This document shows, piece after piece, positions 9,713 to 19,603 of a stretch of 64,000 nucleotides of DNA. Position numbers and translations under genes: made by a program. The notes beneath the pieces were generated by a model that worked only from the letters and a program-made list of their open reading frames with translations, was not told the DNA's origin and did not search any database. Within the stretch, counting starts at the first letter, position 1. Each line of letters begins with the position of its first letter. Origin of the DNA: Elainellaceae cyanobacterium (GTDB lineage Bacteria; Cyanobacteriota; Cyanobacteriia; CAZCXK01); contig JBNPEG010000017.1 of NCBI GenBank assembly GCA_051117555.1, positions 23,763 to 87,762 of the forward strand, in the 5' to 3' direction.

Positions 9713-10444
9713 CTATGCCGATTCCCTTAAAACATACCCAACACATCGTACGGTATGAATCAGGCGACTGCTACTGTAAGCCTCTAATTTGAGTCGCAGA
9801 TAGCGGATATACACCTCAATGACGTTGGAATCTCCCATAAAGTCATAGCCCCAAACCTTTTCCAAAATTTGCTCCCGGCTGACTACATGGCGACGATTGA
9901 CCATCAGATATTCCAACAAATCAAATTCTTTGGCCGTTAGCTCGATCCGCTGACCGCTGCGTAAAACCTCTCGCGTTTTGCGATTGAGCATTAGGTCTTC
10001 AAAGCACAGAATATCTGTACTGTCAGTGCAACTTCGACGCAGACGCGCGCGAACGCGCGCAAGCAGTTCTTCTAGCGAAAAGGGTCTAGAGATACAATCA
10101 TCAGCGCCTGCATCGAGCCCTGCGATGCGATCGCCCACTCGATCTTCGGATGTCAGCAAAATGAGTGGAGCCGCGTTTCCTGCCGCACGCAGGCGTTGAC
10201 AAAAATCGAGACTAGAAAACCCATGAGAAAACCAGTCTAAAACGATGAGGCTGGGGTGTAGTCGACGCGCTTTGAGCAAGCCATCAATGTCACTATAGGC
10301 GACAGCGACCGGATATCCTTCGCAGCTCAATTCCTGTACCAGAATTTTAGAAAAATGATCCTCATTGCCAATCAGCAAGATGGGAGCTGTTTGGGCTCTG
10401 AACTGCGGTTTAACCGGTGATTGTAGAGTCAACGATGTCTTCAT
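9713..10444 (-). CDS. OmpR-family response regulator with an atypical receiver (NblR-like)
   Basis: wHTH LTAKEFDLL...WGYDFMGDSNVIEVYIRYLRLKLE. The receiver has RPF in place of KPF and an altered acidic pocket. Confidence 0.85.
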   Translation of the reverse strand: MKTSLTLQSPVKPQFRAQTAPILLIGNEDHFSKILVQELSCEGYPVAVAYSDIDGLLKARRLHPSLIVLDWFSHGFSSLDFCQRLRAAGNAAPLILLTSEDRVGDRIAGLDAGADDCISRPFSLEELLARVRARLRRSCTDSTDILCFEDLMLNRKTREVLRSGQRIELTAKEFDLLEYLMVNRRHVVSREQILEKVWGYDFMGDSNVIEVYIRYLRLKLEAYSSSRLIHTVRCVGYVLRESA

Positions 10445-10973
10445 GCAGGATCTTCTTTAGGTGAACTGTGGAGTCATCCCAGAGATTTTCAGAGAAACGC
10501 TGTACTAGAAAGACTTAACTAAAGCCAACGATTTAATTTTTCATGCATTATCAGATAGCGATCCTAAATCGCTTGTGAATGGGTTGTGAGTGGTGAATTT
10601 CGTTAAGTTCGAGGGAAATAATTAATATCTGCATCATCTCCAAATAGGCTTGGTTTCATATCAAATTTGATCTGTCCAATCCTTACTTGACAGTAGATTT
10701 CAGCAATCAAACATCAGTTTTGGCATCGCAAAATGCCTGTAATCGGCGATCGCCAGTGTGGATGGATTGACACTGAGGTCTCATTGAGCCTAATGGTTTC
10801 TTAGACTTACTAATGATTTACATCGATCGCCTTAGAAATCACATGACTAGAATCATGTTTGAAAACAATACTGAATTTGGATAGAAATCCACCCCCTATG
10901 GCTTGGGGTGTTACTTCACAGAACTTAAGAATTAACTATAATCTTCAGTAACGTAGCTATTTAAGGGGTATGT

Positions 10974-11114
10974 ATGGCAACAATGGACGACCGTAAAAAG
11001 CGAATTATGGAGCATCTTGCTCGGAGCACAGGAGATTTTATTAAGCGATCGCCCCAACCCAACGGCCAGAGAAAGCAGCAAATCTTAGATCATGTGCGTC
11101 GTACAAAGGGTTAG
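10974..11114 (+). CDS. 46-aa small protein, Norf1-like (not in ORF track)
   Basis: MATMDDRKKRIMEHLARSTGDFIKRSPQPNGQRKQQILDHVRRTKG. Duplicated RK..I..H motif and AAGGGG RBS. Family assignment is from memory. Confidence 0.7.
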   Translation: MATMDDRKKRIMEHLARSTGDFIKRSPQPNGQRKQQILDHVRRTKG

Positions 11115-11250
11115 GGGGCGAACTCAGCAATATACATCTCAGGTCAGTCAACAGGTGGCTCAGACTGTCTCGCTACCGACGTAGCCTACTGAGATGTTTC
11201 GCTGATGCATAAGGTGCGATGATCGCTCTCAATAAACAAGCGATCGCATC

Positions 11251-11350
11251 GGGAGCATCCTCCATGCGCAAATTGATCAACGTATATAGTGGGAGCGTCC
11301 CGATCGCGATCGGGACGCTCCCACTATACATACAAAGTTGGGATATCCCC
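11251..11350. mobile_element. MITE, GGGAGCATCC family, 9-bp TSD
   Basis: Ends GGGAGCATCC and GGATATCCCC, with GATCGCATC on both sides. Long internal palindrome TATAGTGGGAGCGTCCCGATCGCGATCGGGACGCTCCCACTATA. Confidence 0.75.
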
Positions 11351-12030
11351 GATCGCATCTTGCTAAAGACAATAGCCGTTATTAAAAAACAATAAAAAGA
11401 CGGGAGCATCCCAGGTAAATTTTGATTTCAAAGCCTTGATCCCCAGGAATCATTACTCCATATTAGAAATTGAAGCTAAGAACTTCACCTGGCAGATTAA
11501 ACAGCCAAAGTTCACGTAACTAGTTTTAAATAACTAGTTCACACAACCTAGTAGAAGAGGTAAAAGCGCTGTTTCACCCAAATCTGTCTCGCCTAACACC
11601 AACAGCACCTACACAGAAAGCTGATATTTTCCCATCTGTTTATTGGGGAGCAATGTAGTTAGAAGATGGCAATCAAACGCCACTCACTCATCTCCAGAGA
11701 TTCTAGATTAAAGAGGGAAAATCGCTCAGCGAGTATGGCTGCGGTGCTGTTGCCCTTTTAAACTCAAAATATTTCGACTAAATGAGATTTAATGCAGGGA
11801 TTCGTCAAAGTATTTCCGCTATCAAATAGATTGGATGGATTGAGTGGAACCCAATCCATTCGATTTTTATAGTTATTTTTATTAGTATCGCAATCTTACA
11901 TGAACGTGGATTAAATAATCTGCCAAATCGTCCTCTCATTACCAAACGTAAGAAAGATTTCACGCATTGACTCGCAGGCTGGTCTTAAATTATGAGAGAT
12001 ACAAGCAACTAGACTGGCAAGCAACACGTC

Positions 12031-12798
12031 ATGGCGATTATTGCACTGAAGGCGTGGTATCTCCACGAATATGAGCCGATTCAAGAACTTGAGAAGCGCC
12101 CTCATGATCTTCGGCTGAGCAAAAATAGTCTCCTGAAATCTGCGCTGCGGGCAGATTTTTTGGATGACAGCGACGAAGTCAAACAATCTACATGGTTTCA
12201 GCGCTATCTAGAAGGGGAAATCATTGAGTTTTATATCGAAGGAAGTGGAGGATATTCCATTTCCAACATTGATTTGATTAGCCATGAAATTTACTTCACG
12301 AAGCAAGACGTCATGGCGCATCTCGACCCTATTATTTTCTTCTGCTACCAAACCGAATATCCAGAATCAGGCGATTTGCTGCGGAATGAGCTTCAGATCT
12401 TCATCGAAAAATTCAATCGGCGATCGCGTCTGCCATTGACCCTTGAAGAATCTCATCGGCTTAGCGATGGCCCTGTACGCCTCAGTAGCACCCTGATGCG
12501 GAAGATTCGCAAGAGTTTGCTGTTCATTGCAGATGCGACCCCCATCTTATACATCAATGATTCACCACTCCAGCTGATTCCGAGTCCCAACGTTTGTGTT
12601 GAAGTCGGATATGCTTTACAGTGCAAGCGATCTGAACAACTGCTTCTCACTCATATGGAGCGTCCAGACATCGGAGGACAATTTCCGTTTGACTTGCCCA
12701 GCCAAAGCCGTCTTCAGTTTCGTAACAAGACAGAACTCCACAAACTCTTGCCCCAAACTCTAGAAACGCAGCTCAAACGATTCAATTTGATCCAGTAA
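12031..12798 (+). CDS. Conserved cyanobacterial protein with a C-terminal TIR/NDT-like domain
   Basis: IFFCYQ...KIRKSLLFIADAT...SPNVCVEVGYA...FPFDL pattern. Confidence 0.75.
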   Translation: MAIIALKAWYLHEYEPIQELEKRPHDLRLSKNSLLKSALRADFLDDSDEVKQSTWFQRYLEGEIIEFYIEGSGGYSISNIDLISHEIYFTKQDVMAHLDPIIFFCYQTEYPESGDLLRNELQIFIEKFNRRSRLPLTLEESHRLSDGPVRLSSTLMRKIRKSLLFIADATPILYINDSPLQLIPSPNVCVEVGYALQCKRSEQLLLTHMERPDIGGQFPFDLPSQSRLQFRNKTELHKLLPQTLETQLKRFNLIQ

Positions 12799-12860
12799 AT
12801 GCTTTGATAGGAATATGTTGACGATTATTATTTTTGAGGTGTCAGGGGTATTGATTTCCT

Positions 12861-13112
12861 ATGCCAAGAAGTCCTAGTGAATACGCGGTTCATCTCTTTA
12901 TGGAGGGCGGGCATCGAGAAGAAGTCCGTTTTCCGAGCATCCAAGATTTTCAGAAGTGGTATAGCGGTGAGCTGGTGCCTAAATCCAGCTCTAGTGAATT
13001 TATCAGTGTCCCAATCAAGAATATTCAAGGCGAATACATGGTGGTTCGTCCGTCTAGTGTGATTGCCATTCGGGTCGAACCAATCTTTAGCTCTAGTGTT
13101 GAACGATTTTGA
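12861..13112 (+). CDS. Small hypothetical protein (83 aa)
   Basis: Clean ORF with an ATG start, co-oriented between neighbours, typical composition. Confidence 0.8.
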   Translation: MPRSPSEYAVHLFMEGGHREEVRFPSIQDFQKWYSGELVPKSSSSEFISVPIKNIQGEYMVVRPSSVIAIRVEPIFSSSVERF

Positions 13113-13220
13113 TACCGATTGCTGAATGCCGTCAAAGATTTTAGTCTGTCAGCATTCACGCAAAATTATGCACGGATCTAAGCGCAATAACTGGGTCAAT
13201 AACTGGGTCAATAACTGGGT

Positions 13221-14414
13221 ATGTGGACGAAGCTTGTATTGATAGCTTTCGGGCTTGCTATTTTTTCTGGAAATAGGGTTGCGATCGCCCACATAAGCGG
13301 GGAGAATTCTGCCCTAGTCCGTCAATTACCTGGATCGGCAGCTCAGGACGATGAGCATCTGGGTTGGGATGATCAGATTTGGGGAAATGCAGCACAGACG
13401 GGCGATCGCCATCGACTCATCCAATCCATCGATCATTCTCTACGCTATCTCCAACGTCCGGTAGCCGCTCAGGCATATGCTCAATTTGCCATTCCAGGTT
13501 TCACTCTAGACCGCGTGCAGCGCAGTTTAGAGGGGTTTCGGCAGCTTGTTGTGATGTCTCCGTCTCCAGAGGCTCTGCAAGCGGCGGTCTTGAGAGAATT
13601 CGATTTATATCAATCAATTGGGACTGACGGCTCAGGAACCGTTGAGTTTACGGGCTATTTTGAACCGACCTATCAAGCCAGCCGAATTCCCACGGCAGAC
13701 TATCCATATCCGCTATATCGTCTTCCACCCGGTCTAGAAACCTGGCCGCATCCACACCCCACTCGTAGCCAGCTCGAAGGTGATGACGGGTTACAGAGTG
13801 ACCAACGGCTCAGAGGATTAGAGCTAGTCTGGCTGCGCGATCGCTTTGAGGCCTTTTTAGTCCAAGTCCAGGGATCAGCTCGGCTCCAGATCACAGACGG
13901 GACTACGATGAGCGTAGGCTACGCTGGGCGCACCGATTATTCGTACACTAGCATCGGACGAGAACTGGTCAATGATGGCAAAATTCCTGAGGCAGAGTTG
14001 AATCTGCCTGCGGTTATAGATTATTTTCGGGTCTATCCTGCGGATCTCAATTCGTATCTTTCGCGCAATAATCGGTTCGTTTTCTTTCGAGAAACCTTCG
14101 GCGCTCCGCCCACCGGAAGTTTGGGAGTCCCAGTGACGGCAGAACGCTCCATTGCAACCGACAAATCAATCATGCCACCAGGAGCACTCGCTCTGATTCA
14201 AACTCACCTGCCTATATCATCAGAAGACTCTGAGCCAGAGTTAGAGTCTCGATGGGTTAGCCGATACGTCCTCGATCAAGATACGGGAGGAGCTATTCGT
14301 GGAGCGGGGCGGGTCGACATTTTTATGGGTACGGGGCAATCCGCAGGCGATCGGGCGGGCTTAGTCAATTCGCGCGGGCATCTCTACTACCTTCTGATTA
14401 AAGATTCTGTATAG
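13221..14414 (+). CDS. mltA: Membrane-bound lytic murein transglycosylase A
   Basis: FTGYFEP, VQVQGSA, SIATD, DQDTGGAIRGAGRVDIF. Confidence 0.93.
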   Translation: MWTKLVLIAFGLAIFSGNRVAIAHISGENSALVRQLPGSAAQDDEHLGWDDQIWGNAAQTGDRHRLIQSIDHSLRYLQRPVAAQAYAQFAIPGFTLDRVQRSLEGFRQLVVMSPSPEALQAAVLREFDLYQSIGTDGSGTVEFTGYFEPTYQASRIPTADYPYPLYRLPPGLETWPHPHPTRSQLEGDDGLQSDQRLRGLELVWLRDRFEAFLVQVQGSARLQITDGTTMSVGYAGRTDYSYTSIGRELVNDGKIPEAELNLPAVIDYFRVYPADLNSYLSRNNRFVFFRETFGAPPTGSLGVPVTAERSIATDKSIMPPGALALIQTHLPISSEDSEPELESRWVSRYVLDQDTGGAIRGAGRVDIFMGTGQSAGDRAGLVNSRGHLYYLLIKDSV

Positions 14415-14746
14415 GCGATTCCTAAATTACTGCAACTCTCATAAGGATGATGAATGCAGGAATGTAGGCTGGTAAATGTTGAGCTAGACTAATCTTTAAG
14501 TTTAAGAAAGACTCGAATCGTTTCGCTGGATGATATGCTTGGTAAATTGTGTCCTTAGAAACATTTCACTATCGTTAGAAGACGAACCACGACGTTAGTA
14601 CCTCCACCATCATGATTTTTTTGTTAGTCTGCCAAGTGATTCTCTGGAAGCAAGTTGGAAGAGTGCTAGGTTGGCTATTCCCTCAAAATCATGAAACACA
14701 ACCAAGCTAGTGCAGCGTTGAACTGAAAGACTTCCTAGTAAGACCT

Positions 14747-16879
14747 ATGGATGCACCCTTTGAGATCACGCTGCAAATTGTTATCACCATTATTGCAGGC
14801 ATTACGGCTCAAGTATTGGGCGACTATTTGAAAGTCCCCAGTATTGTGTTTTTGCTTTTCTTTGGAATTTTACTTGGGTCAGATGGCGTCGGCTTGCTGC
14901 ATCCCAACATGCTCGGAGTTGGCCTAGAGGTGATTGTGGCGCTCTCCGTTGCGCTGATTTTGTTTGAGGGAGGGCTGAACCTGCAACTCAGAGATTTGGG
15001 ACGCGTGTCAGGCAGCCTTCAAAACCTAGTGACCTTCGGAACGCTGATCACCTTAATTGGGGGCGGCATGGCTGCCCACTGGTTCATTGAGTTTCCGTGG
15101 TCGCTCGCCTTTCTGTATGCCTCGTTGGTCGTCGTAACAGGGCCCACAGTGATCAGCCCTCTGCTCAAGCAGGTCAAGGTTGACCGTCAAGTTTCGGCAT
15201 TATTGGAGGGCGAGGGTGTTTTAGTTGACCCGGTGGGTGCCATTCTGGCGGTGGTTGTTTTAGATGTCATTCTCAATGGCGATGCCGATCCACTGTCGGT
15301 GGTGAGCGGCTTGCTCCTGCGTCTAAGTATTGGAGGTGCCATCGGCGCTATTGGGGGTTGGCTGTTGGGGCTGATTCTGAAGCGCGCCGAGTTTCTCTCA
15401 GAAGAGCTGAAAAATCTCGTTGTATTGGCGGGTTTATGGGGACTCTTTGGCCTGGCTCAGGTTATTCGCAGTGAGTCGGGTCTAATGACGACAGTCGTCG
15501 CAGGAATCATATTACGAGCATCGTCTATTCCTGAAGAAAGATTATTGCGGCGCTTTAAGGGGCAGCTAACTATCTTAGCCGTCTCCGTGCTGTTTATCCT
15601 CCTGTCTGCTGATTTGTCGATCGCCAGTATTTTTGCGTTAGGACGAGGGGCGATCGCCACGGTAGCCGTCTTGATGTTTGTGGTGCGCCCGGTTAATGTG
15701 GCGCTCTGCACCTGGAACAGCGGCATGAATTTGCGACAAAAGCTCTTCCTAGCGTGGGTTGCCCCTAAAGGGATTGTCTCCGCATCCGTTGCCTCACTGT
15801 TTGCGATTTTGCTTACCGATCGAGGAATTAGCGGGGGGGATGCCATTAAGGCGCTAGTCTTCCTAACCATTATTTCTACCGTGTCAATCCAAGGGCTAAC
15901 AGCTGGTTGGGTTGCTCGGTGGTTAGGGATTACGTCCACCCAAGCGACCGGGGCTGTCATTGTAGGCTGTAATCCAATGAGCCGTCTAATTGCTCGTTTC
16001 TTCCAAGAGAGAAATGAATCTGTTGTCCTGATCGACACGGATCAGGATGCCTGTCGTGCCGCTGAGCAAGATGGTATCAAAGTATTCGAAAGCAGTGCGC
16101 TCGATATGGATGTGTTAGAAGAAGCGGGTTTGGCGAGTGCAGGCACCTTTCTAGCAATCACCAAGAATGGAGAAGTAAATCGAGTCTTAGCACAGCGTGC
16201 CGCAGAAGAATTTCAACCGCCTCGCGTCTTGGCGGTATCGACGGGAGAACTGAAAACGAGTGGGGAAACCACAAAAAGTGCTAACAACCCGTCTGCAAAA
16301 CCGAAAACACCCGGTTCCAATAAAGTTCAGGCAGCGTTTACGGTTCAGCTTCCCTTAAAGACTTGGAATGGATATTTGCAAGATGGGGCTGTAAAGCTCG
16401 GTGAAACCCGTCTCCGAGAATCGGGGTTGCTCTTTCAGCAGGCGCATTTACGCGCACTCACTCGCTCTGGAGAACTCGTTCCGATCTTGGTCGAGCGAGA
16501 CAATCGTCTGTATGTCGTTCAGTCATCAGAAGAGTGGCAACCGGGCGATCGCATCATCTATCTACTCCATGATCCGCGACCCAAACTTCTAAAACGACTC
16601 TCAGGAGGAGCGAGTCCGTCTCGACTTGCGTTAGAAAAATTGCCCGCAGTCGAAGAAATTCCAATGACTGCTACAGGAGGTAAGCCACCTCAAGACGGGC
16701 TTTCGCCGCCCATTGAGCAACCCAACCCCCAGTCACCCGAATCCTCTCAGCCCTCAGAGCAATCTGGAGAGCAATCTGGAGAGCAATCTGGGAATCAGGC
16801 TCCTTCTACTCAGGCTCCACAAAATGCTTCTGAGTCCGAACCTCTGAGACCTTATTCGCAAGATCTGCCAACCTCTTAA
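14747..16879 (+). CDS. CPA1 cation:proton antiporter with TrkA-N domain
   Basis: ILFEGGL, VTGPTV, EGVLVDP motifs, then a Rossmann-like domain and a low-complexity tail. Confidence 0.9.
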   Translation: MDAPFEITLQIVITIIAGITAQVLGDYLKVPSIVFLLFFGILLGSDGVGLLHPNMLGVGLEVIVALSVALILFEGGLNLQLRDLGRVSGSLQNLVTFGTLITLIGGGMAAHWFIEFPWSLAFLYASLVVVTGPTVISPLLKQVKVDRQVSALLEGEGVLVDPVGAILAVVVLDVILNGDADPLSVVSGLLLRLSIGGAIGAIGGWLLGLILKRAEFLSEELKNLVVLAGLWGLFGLAQVIRSESGLMTTVVAGIILRASSIPEERLLRRFKGQLTILAVSVLFILLSADLSIASIFALGRGAIATVAVLMFVVRPVNVALCTWNSGMNLRQKLFLAWVAPKGIVSASVASLFAILLTDRGISGGDAIKALVFLTIISTVSIQGLTAGWVARWLGITSTQATGAVIVGCNPMSRLIARFFQERNESVVLIDTDQDACRAAEQDGIKVFESSALDMDVLEEAGLASAGTFLAITKNGEVNRVLAQRAAEEFQPPRVLAVSTGELKTSGETTKSANNPSAKPKTPGSNKVQAAFTVQLPLKTWNGYLQDGAVKLGETRLRESGLLFQQAHLRALTRSGELVPILVERDNRLYVVQSSEEWQPGDRIIYLLHDPRPKLLKRLSGGASPSRLALEKLPAVEEIPMTATGGKPPQDGLSPPIEQPNPQSPESSQPSEQSGEQSGEQSGNQAPSTQAPQNASESEPLRPYSQDLPTS

Positions 16880-17403
16880 ATCAATGCTGCTATCTCGCGG
16901 GAACGGGCATCTGCTACCTGAATAGACGGGCCTTGAACAATCAAAACTGCGCAGTGAGCATGATGAAGAGCGTAATTGCTCACGCTACCCAGTAATGCTT
17001 CAGCAAACCCTTTACGCCCTCTGCGTCCCAAAACGACCAAATCAGCATTCCACGCTTGAGCAGTTCGACAAATTCCAGCGCCCGCTTCAGTAATTAGGTA
17101 GTCCGACTGAGTTTTGACGCCTGACCGTACGGCAATCTCGTAATATTTTTGAAGAAATTCTTGAGCTCGATGGGTTTGCTGTTCGAGCTGAATATACTCT
17201 GATTGATAGGCTTGGTTAACCAAATGGGGAGATAAGCCGATATCGCCTGCAAAGGAGGGTGTCCCAATGACTATATCGGCTGTTAAGCAATGAAACAGAA
17301 ATAGCTCAGCTTGATTCTGCTGTGCAATCTCAAGCGCTGTTTCAAACACTCGCGGGCTCAATTCAGAGCAGTCTAAACCGGCAAGAATTCTATGAAAACT
17401 CAT
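16876..17403 (-). CDS. Universal stress protein
   Basis: RILAGLD at the N-terminus and DLVVLGRRG...LGSVSNYALHHAHCAVL. Confidence 0.93.
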   Translation of the reverse strand: MSFHRILAGLDCSELSPRVFETALEIAQQNQAELFLFHCLTADIVIGTPSFAGDIGLSPHLVNQAYQSEYIQLEQQTHRAQEFLQKYYEIAVRSGVKTQSDYLITEAGAGICRTAQAWNADLVVLGRRGRKGFAEALLGSVSNYALHHAHCAVLIVQGPSIQVADARSREIAALI

Positions 17404-17561
17404 GGTGCCCTCCCCCGCCTGACGTCAGATATCTATCTTCACGCTATATCAACTTGCAACCTGTGCCGCTTTTTTGCAATATCTTGTTGCAACGCCAGCC
17501 CCCTGCTAGTGATGGTTACAAGAGCACCTAGGAAGTGCCAAATACAGGAAGTAGCAGCAGA

Positions 17562-18263
17562 TCAGACTAGTGTTCTCTCCATTGCATCTACATCAGTAAT
17601 GCAAATGATGTCGCGATCGCGCGTAATTAGATCCTTTTTCTCCAATTTGCTTAAGACTCGCGTTACAGTTTCTCGAGCCAATCCGCTGAGACTACTTAAC
17701 TCCCGGTGAGGAAGATTAGGAATTTCAATTCCCTTATCCCCTTGCTTCCCTTGCCCATCTGCTAAAAAGAGAAGAATATCGATCACCCGCGACATGCTAT
17801 CAGACTCGCGTAGTCTTAATCGACGATTGACTTGACGCAATCGTCGAGCCATCAACTGAGCTAAGCGGATTCCTGCCAACGGTTCAGAATGGATAAGCTC
17901 GACAAAATCTTGTGATGGAAGGTTACCAATCACCGTCGGCACCAACGTAATCACGTCAGTTGAGCGGGGAACTTCATCGAGGGGAGCCATTTCTCCAAAG
18001 AGTTCACCCTTTCCTAAGATATTGAGCGTAACTTCCTTGCCGTCTAAATTGTACGTGCGGATTTTAACCCAACCTTCCAAAATGAAATAAACAGAATTCC
18101 CCCAATCATTTTCAAGAAGAATGACCTGATTGGGGGGATGACGACGAGTAACGACATGGGCTGTCGCCTTATCCACAACCGCCTCCGGCAAACCGGCAAA
18201 GAAAGGAGCGGAGCGAATTAAAGAGTTATCACGAGGTTCGCGGAAGCTATGGCGATCTTCCAT
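17562..18263 (-). CDS. Crp/Fnr family transcriptional regulator
   Basis: GELFGEMA...PRS cNMP site and HTH GLARETVTRVL. Start trimmed to MEDRHS. Confidence 0.9.
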   Translation of the reverse strand: MEDRHSFREPRDNSLIRSAPFFAGLPEAVVDKATAHVVTRRHPPNQVILLENDWGNSVYFILEGWVKIRTYNLDGKEVTLNILGKGELFGEMAPLDEVPRSTDVITLVPTVIGNLPSQDFVELIHSEPLAGIRLAQLMARRLRQVNRRLRLRESDSMSRVIDILLFLADGQGKQGDKGIEIPNLPHRELSSLSGLARETVTRVLSKLEKKDLITRDRDIICITDVDAMERTLV

Positions 18264-19366
18264 TGAGTCGTAGCATATCCGTTGATTTTGGTTCAAAAGT
18301 AAAGCTGCCCCTATTGTTGAAACTACGTGGAGGCAACTCAATAACTCTGAGCAGAGAGGCTGTTAGCTTCAGGCCCCTTAGCGCTGAGTAGTGGTAAAAA
18401 CTAAGGTGTTTCGCACTATTAAGTTGCAAAACATTAATCAGTGTACTGAGAATTCGCAAGTCTGACCATATTGCCGACCGTTTATGCCCGATTAAGTCAA
18501 GGAGTGAGAATAATCTGAAGGCAAATATAGCAGAAGTTGACCCTGCTTAACGAAATGCTCAGCTTTCATACTCGTTATAAGAAACATCGGTGCATTCAGC
18601 ATAAAGGTGCACTTAGCATAAAAGAGTACCAGAGAAGCAAACGCTTGCCGATGCATGTAAAAAACTTGCGGACAAAAAAGAACATCGCTCCAGAAAGGCG
18701 TTGCCAAATATTAGTATGGGTAGCTGCGGCTCCTTCGTGCCTTAGCGGGGGCAATTGGGATAGTCAGGGAATCAGATAGAAGCGAAGGTCCGAAGTGTCA
18801 TTTCATACGGTTGGCTAGCAATGCCTTAGTCATTCAGGATTGCTCATGCTTCAAGCATTCAGAGCCTACAAAAATATCTGACTGAGCAAGCTATCAAGCT
18901 CAGCCAAGTATCTCACTCTAGCTCATCCGCTCTGAATGAAGAGGTCAAGAGAAAACACGCACCTTTTTATTAATACCTATTTTAGATACGGATGCATTAT
19001 ATACCAATCTCTGGACCAATCTCTGGCGATCGCGACTCCTTTTGCGAGAAGATGCTGAGAGGATACTTTAAAAGCCTTGTTTTTTCGTTGCCTTGGCGAC
19101 TCATACCACTTCCTGAAAGTAGAGTAACAGATCCGGAAGAGGCGGTTTCTCCCGACGGAAACGCTGTGTGTTGTACCAACTTCTGATTTCGGATTTTCAA
19201 TTTTGGCTTAGTAGATGAGATCTGAGAAGTTTTCAGAGTTTGCATAACTCTAATTCGCAGAACTGATATTACAATCGACCTCAAGCGTTTTATTCTACGA
19301 GAAGCCACATAGTATCCACACCCGCCCGAGCCTTTCCAATCATCCTCTTTAATCTGTTAACCAATC

Positions 19367-19491
19367 GTAGTGGTCTGACATGCCTAAAATAGTGCAAATC
19401 TTTAAAGGGCTGAAGCTCTTGAATCCGGTGCGTTACGCTGCGCTAACGACATCCTACCTAATGCACTATTTTAGCTGTGCCATGCCAGTAG
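19367..19491. mobile_element. 125-bp MITE-like element (copy 1) containing a REP-like palindrome
   Basis: Near-identical to 54733-54857, with imperfect TIRs. Confidence 0.85.
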
Positions 19492-19603
19492 TGTGAGCGT
19501 TTTGCTTCTCCGAACGAGAGGCTTTGCCAGCCCGCAGGCAATCTTACAGTTGCTCAAGCCCAGCTATTCTTAGAACATTTGACCAAACTGTTATGGTCGA
19601 AAT

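Noticed and set aside
13190..13220. 12-bp tandem repeat CTGGGTCAATAA before mltA
   Set aside because: Only about 2.5 copies, consistent with simple slippage.
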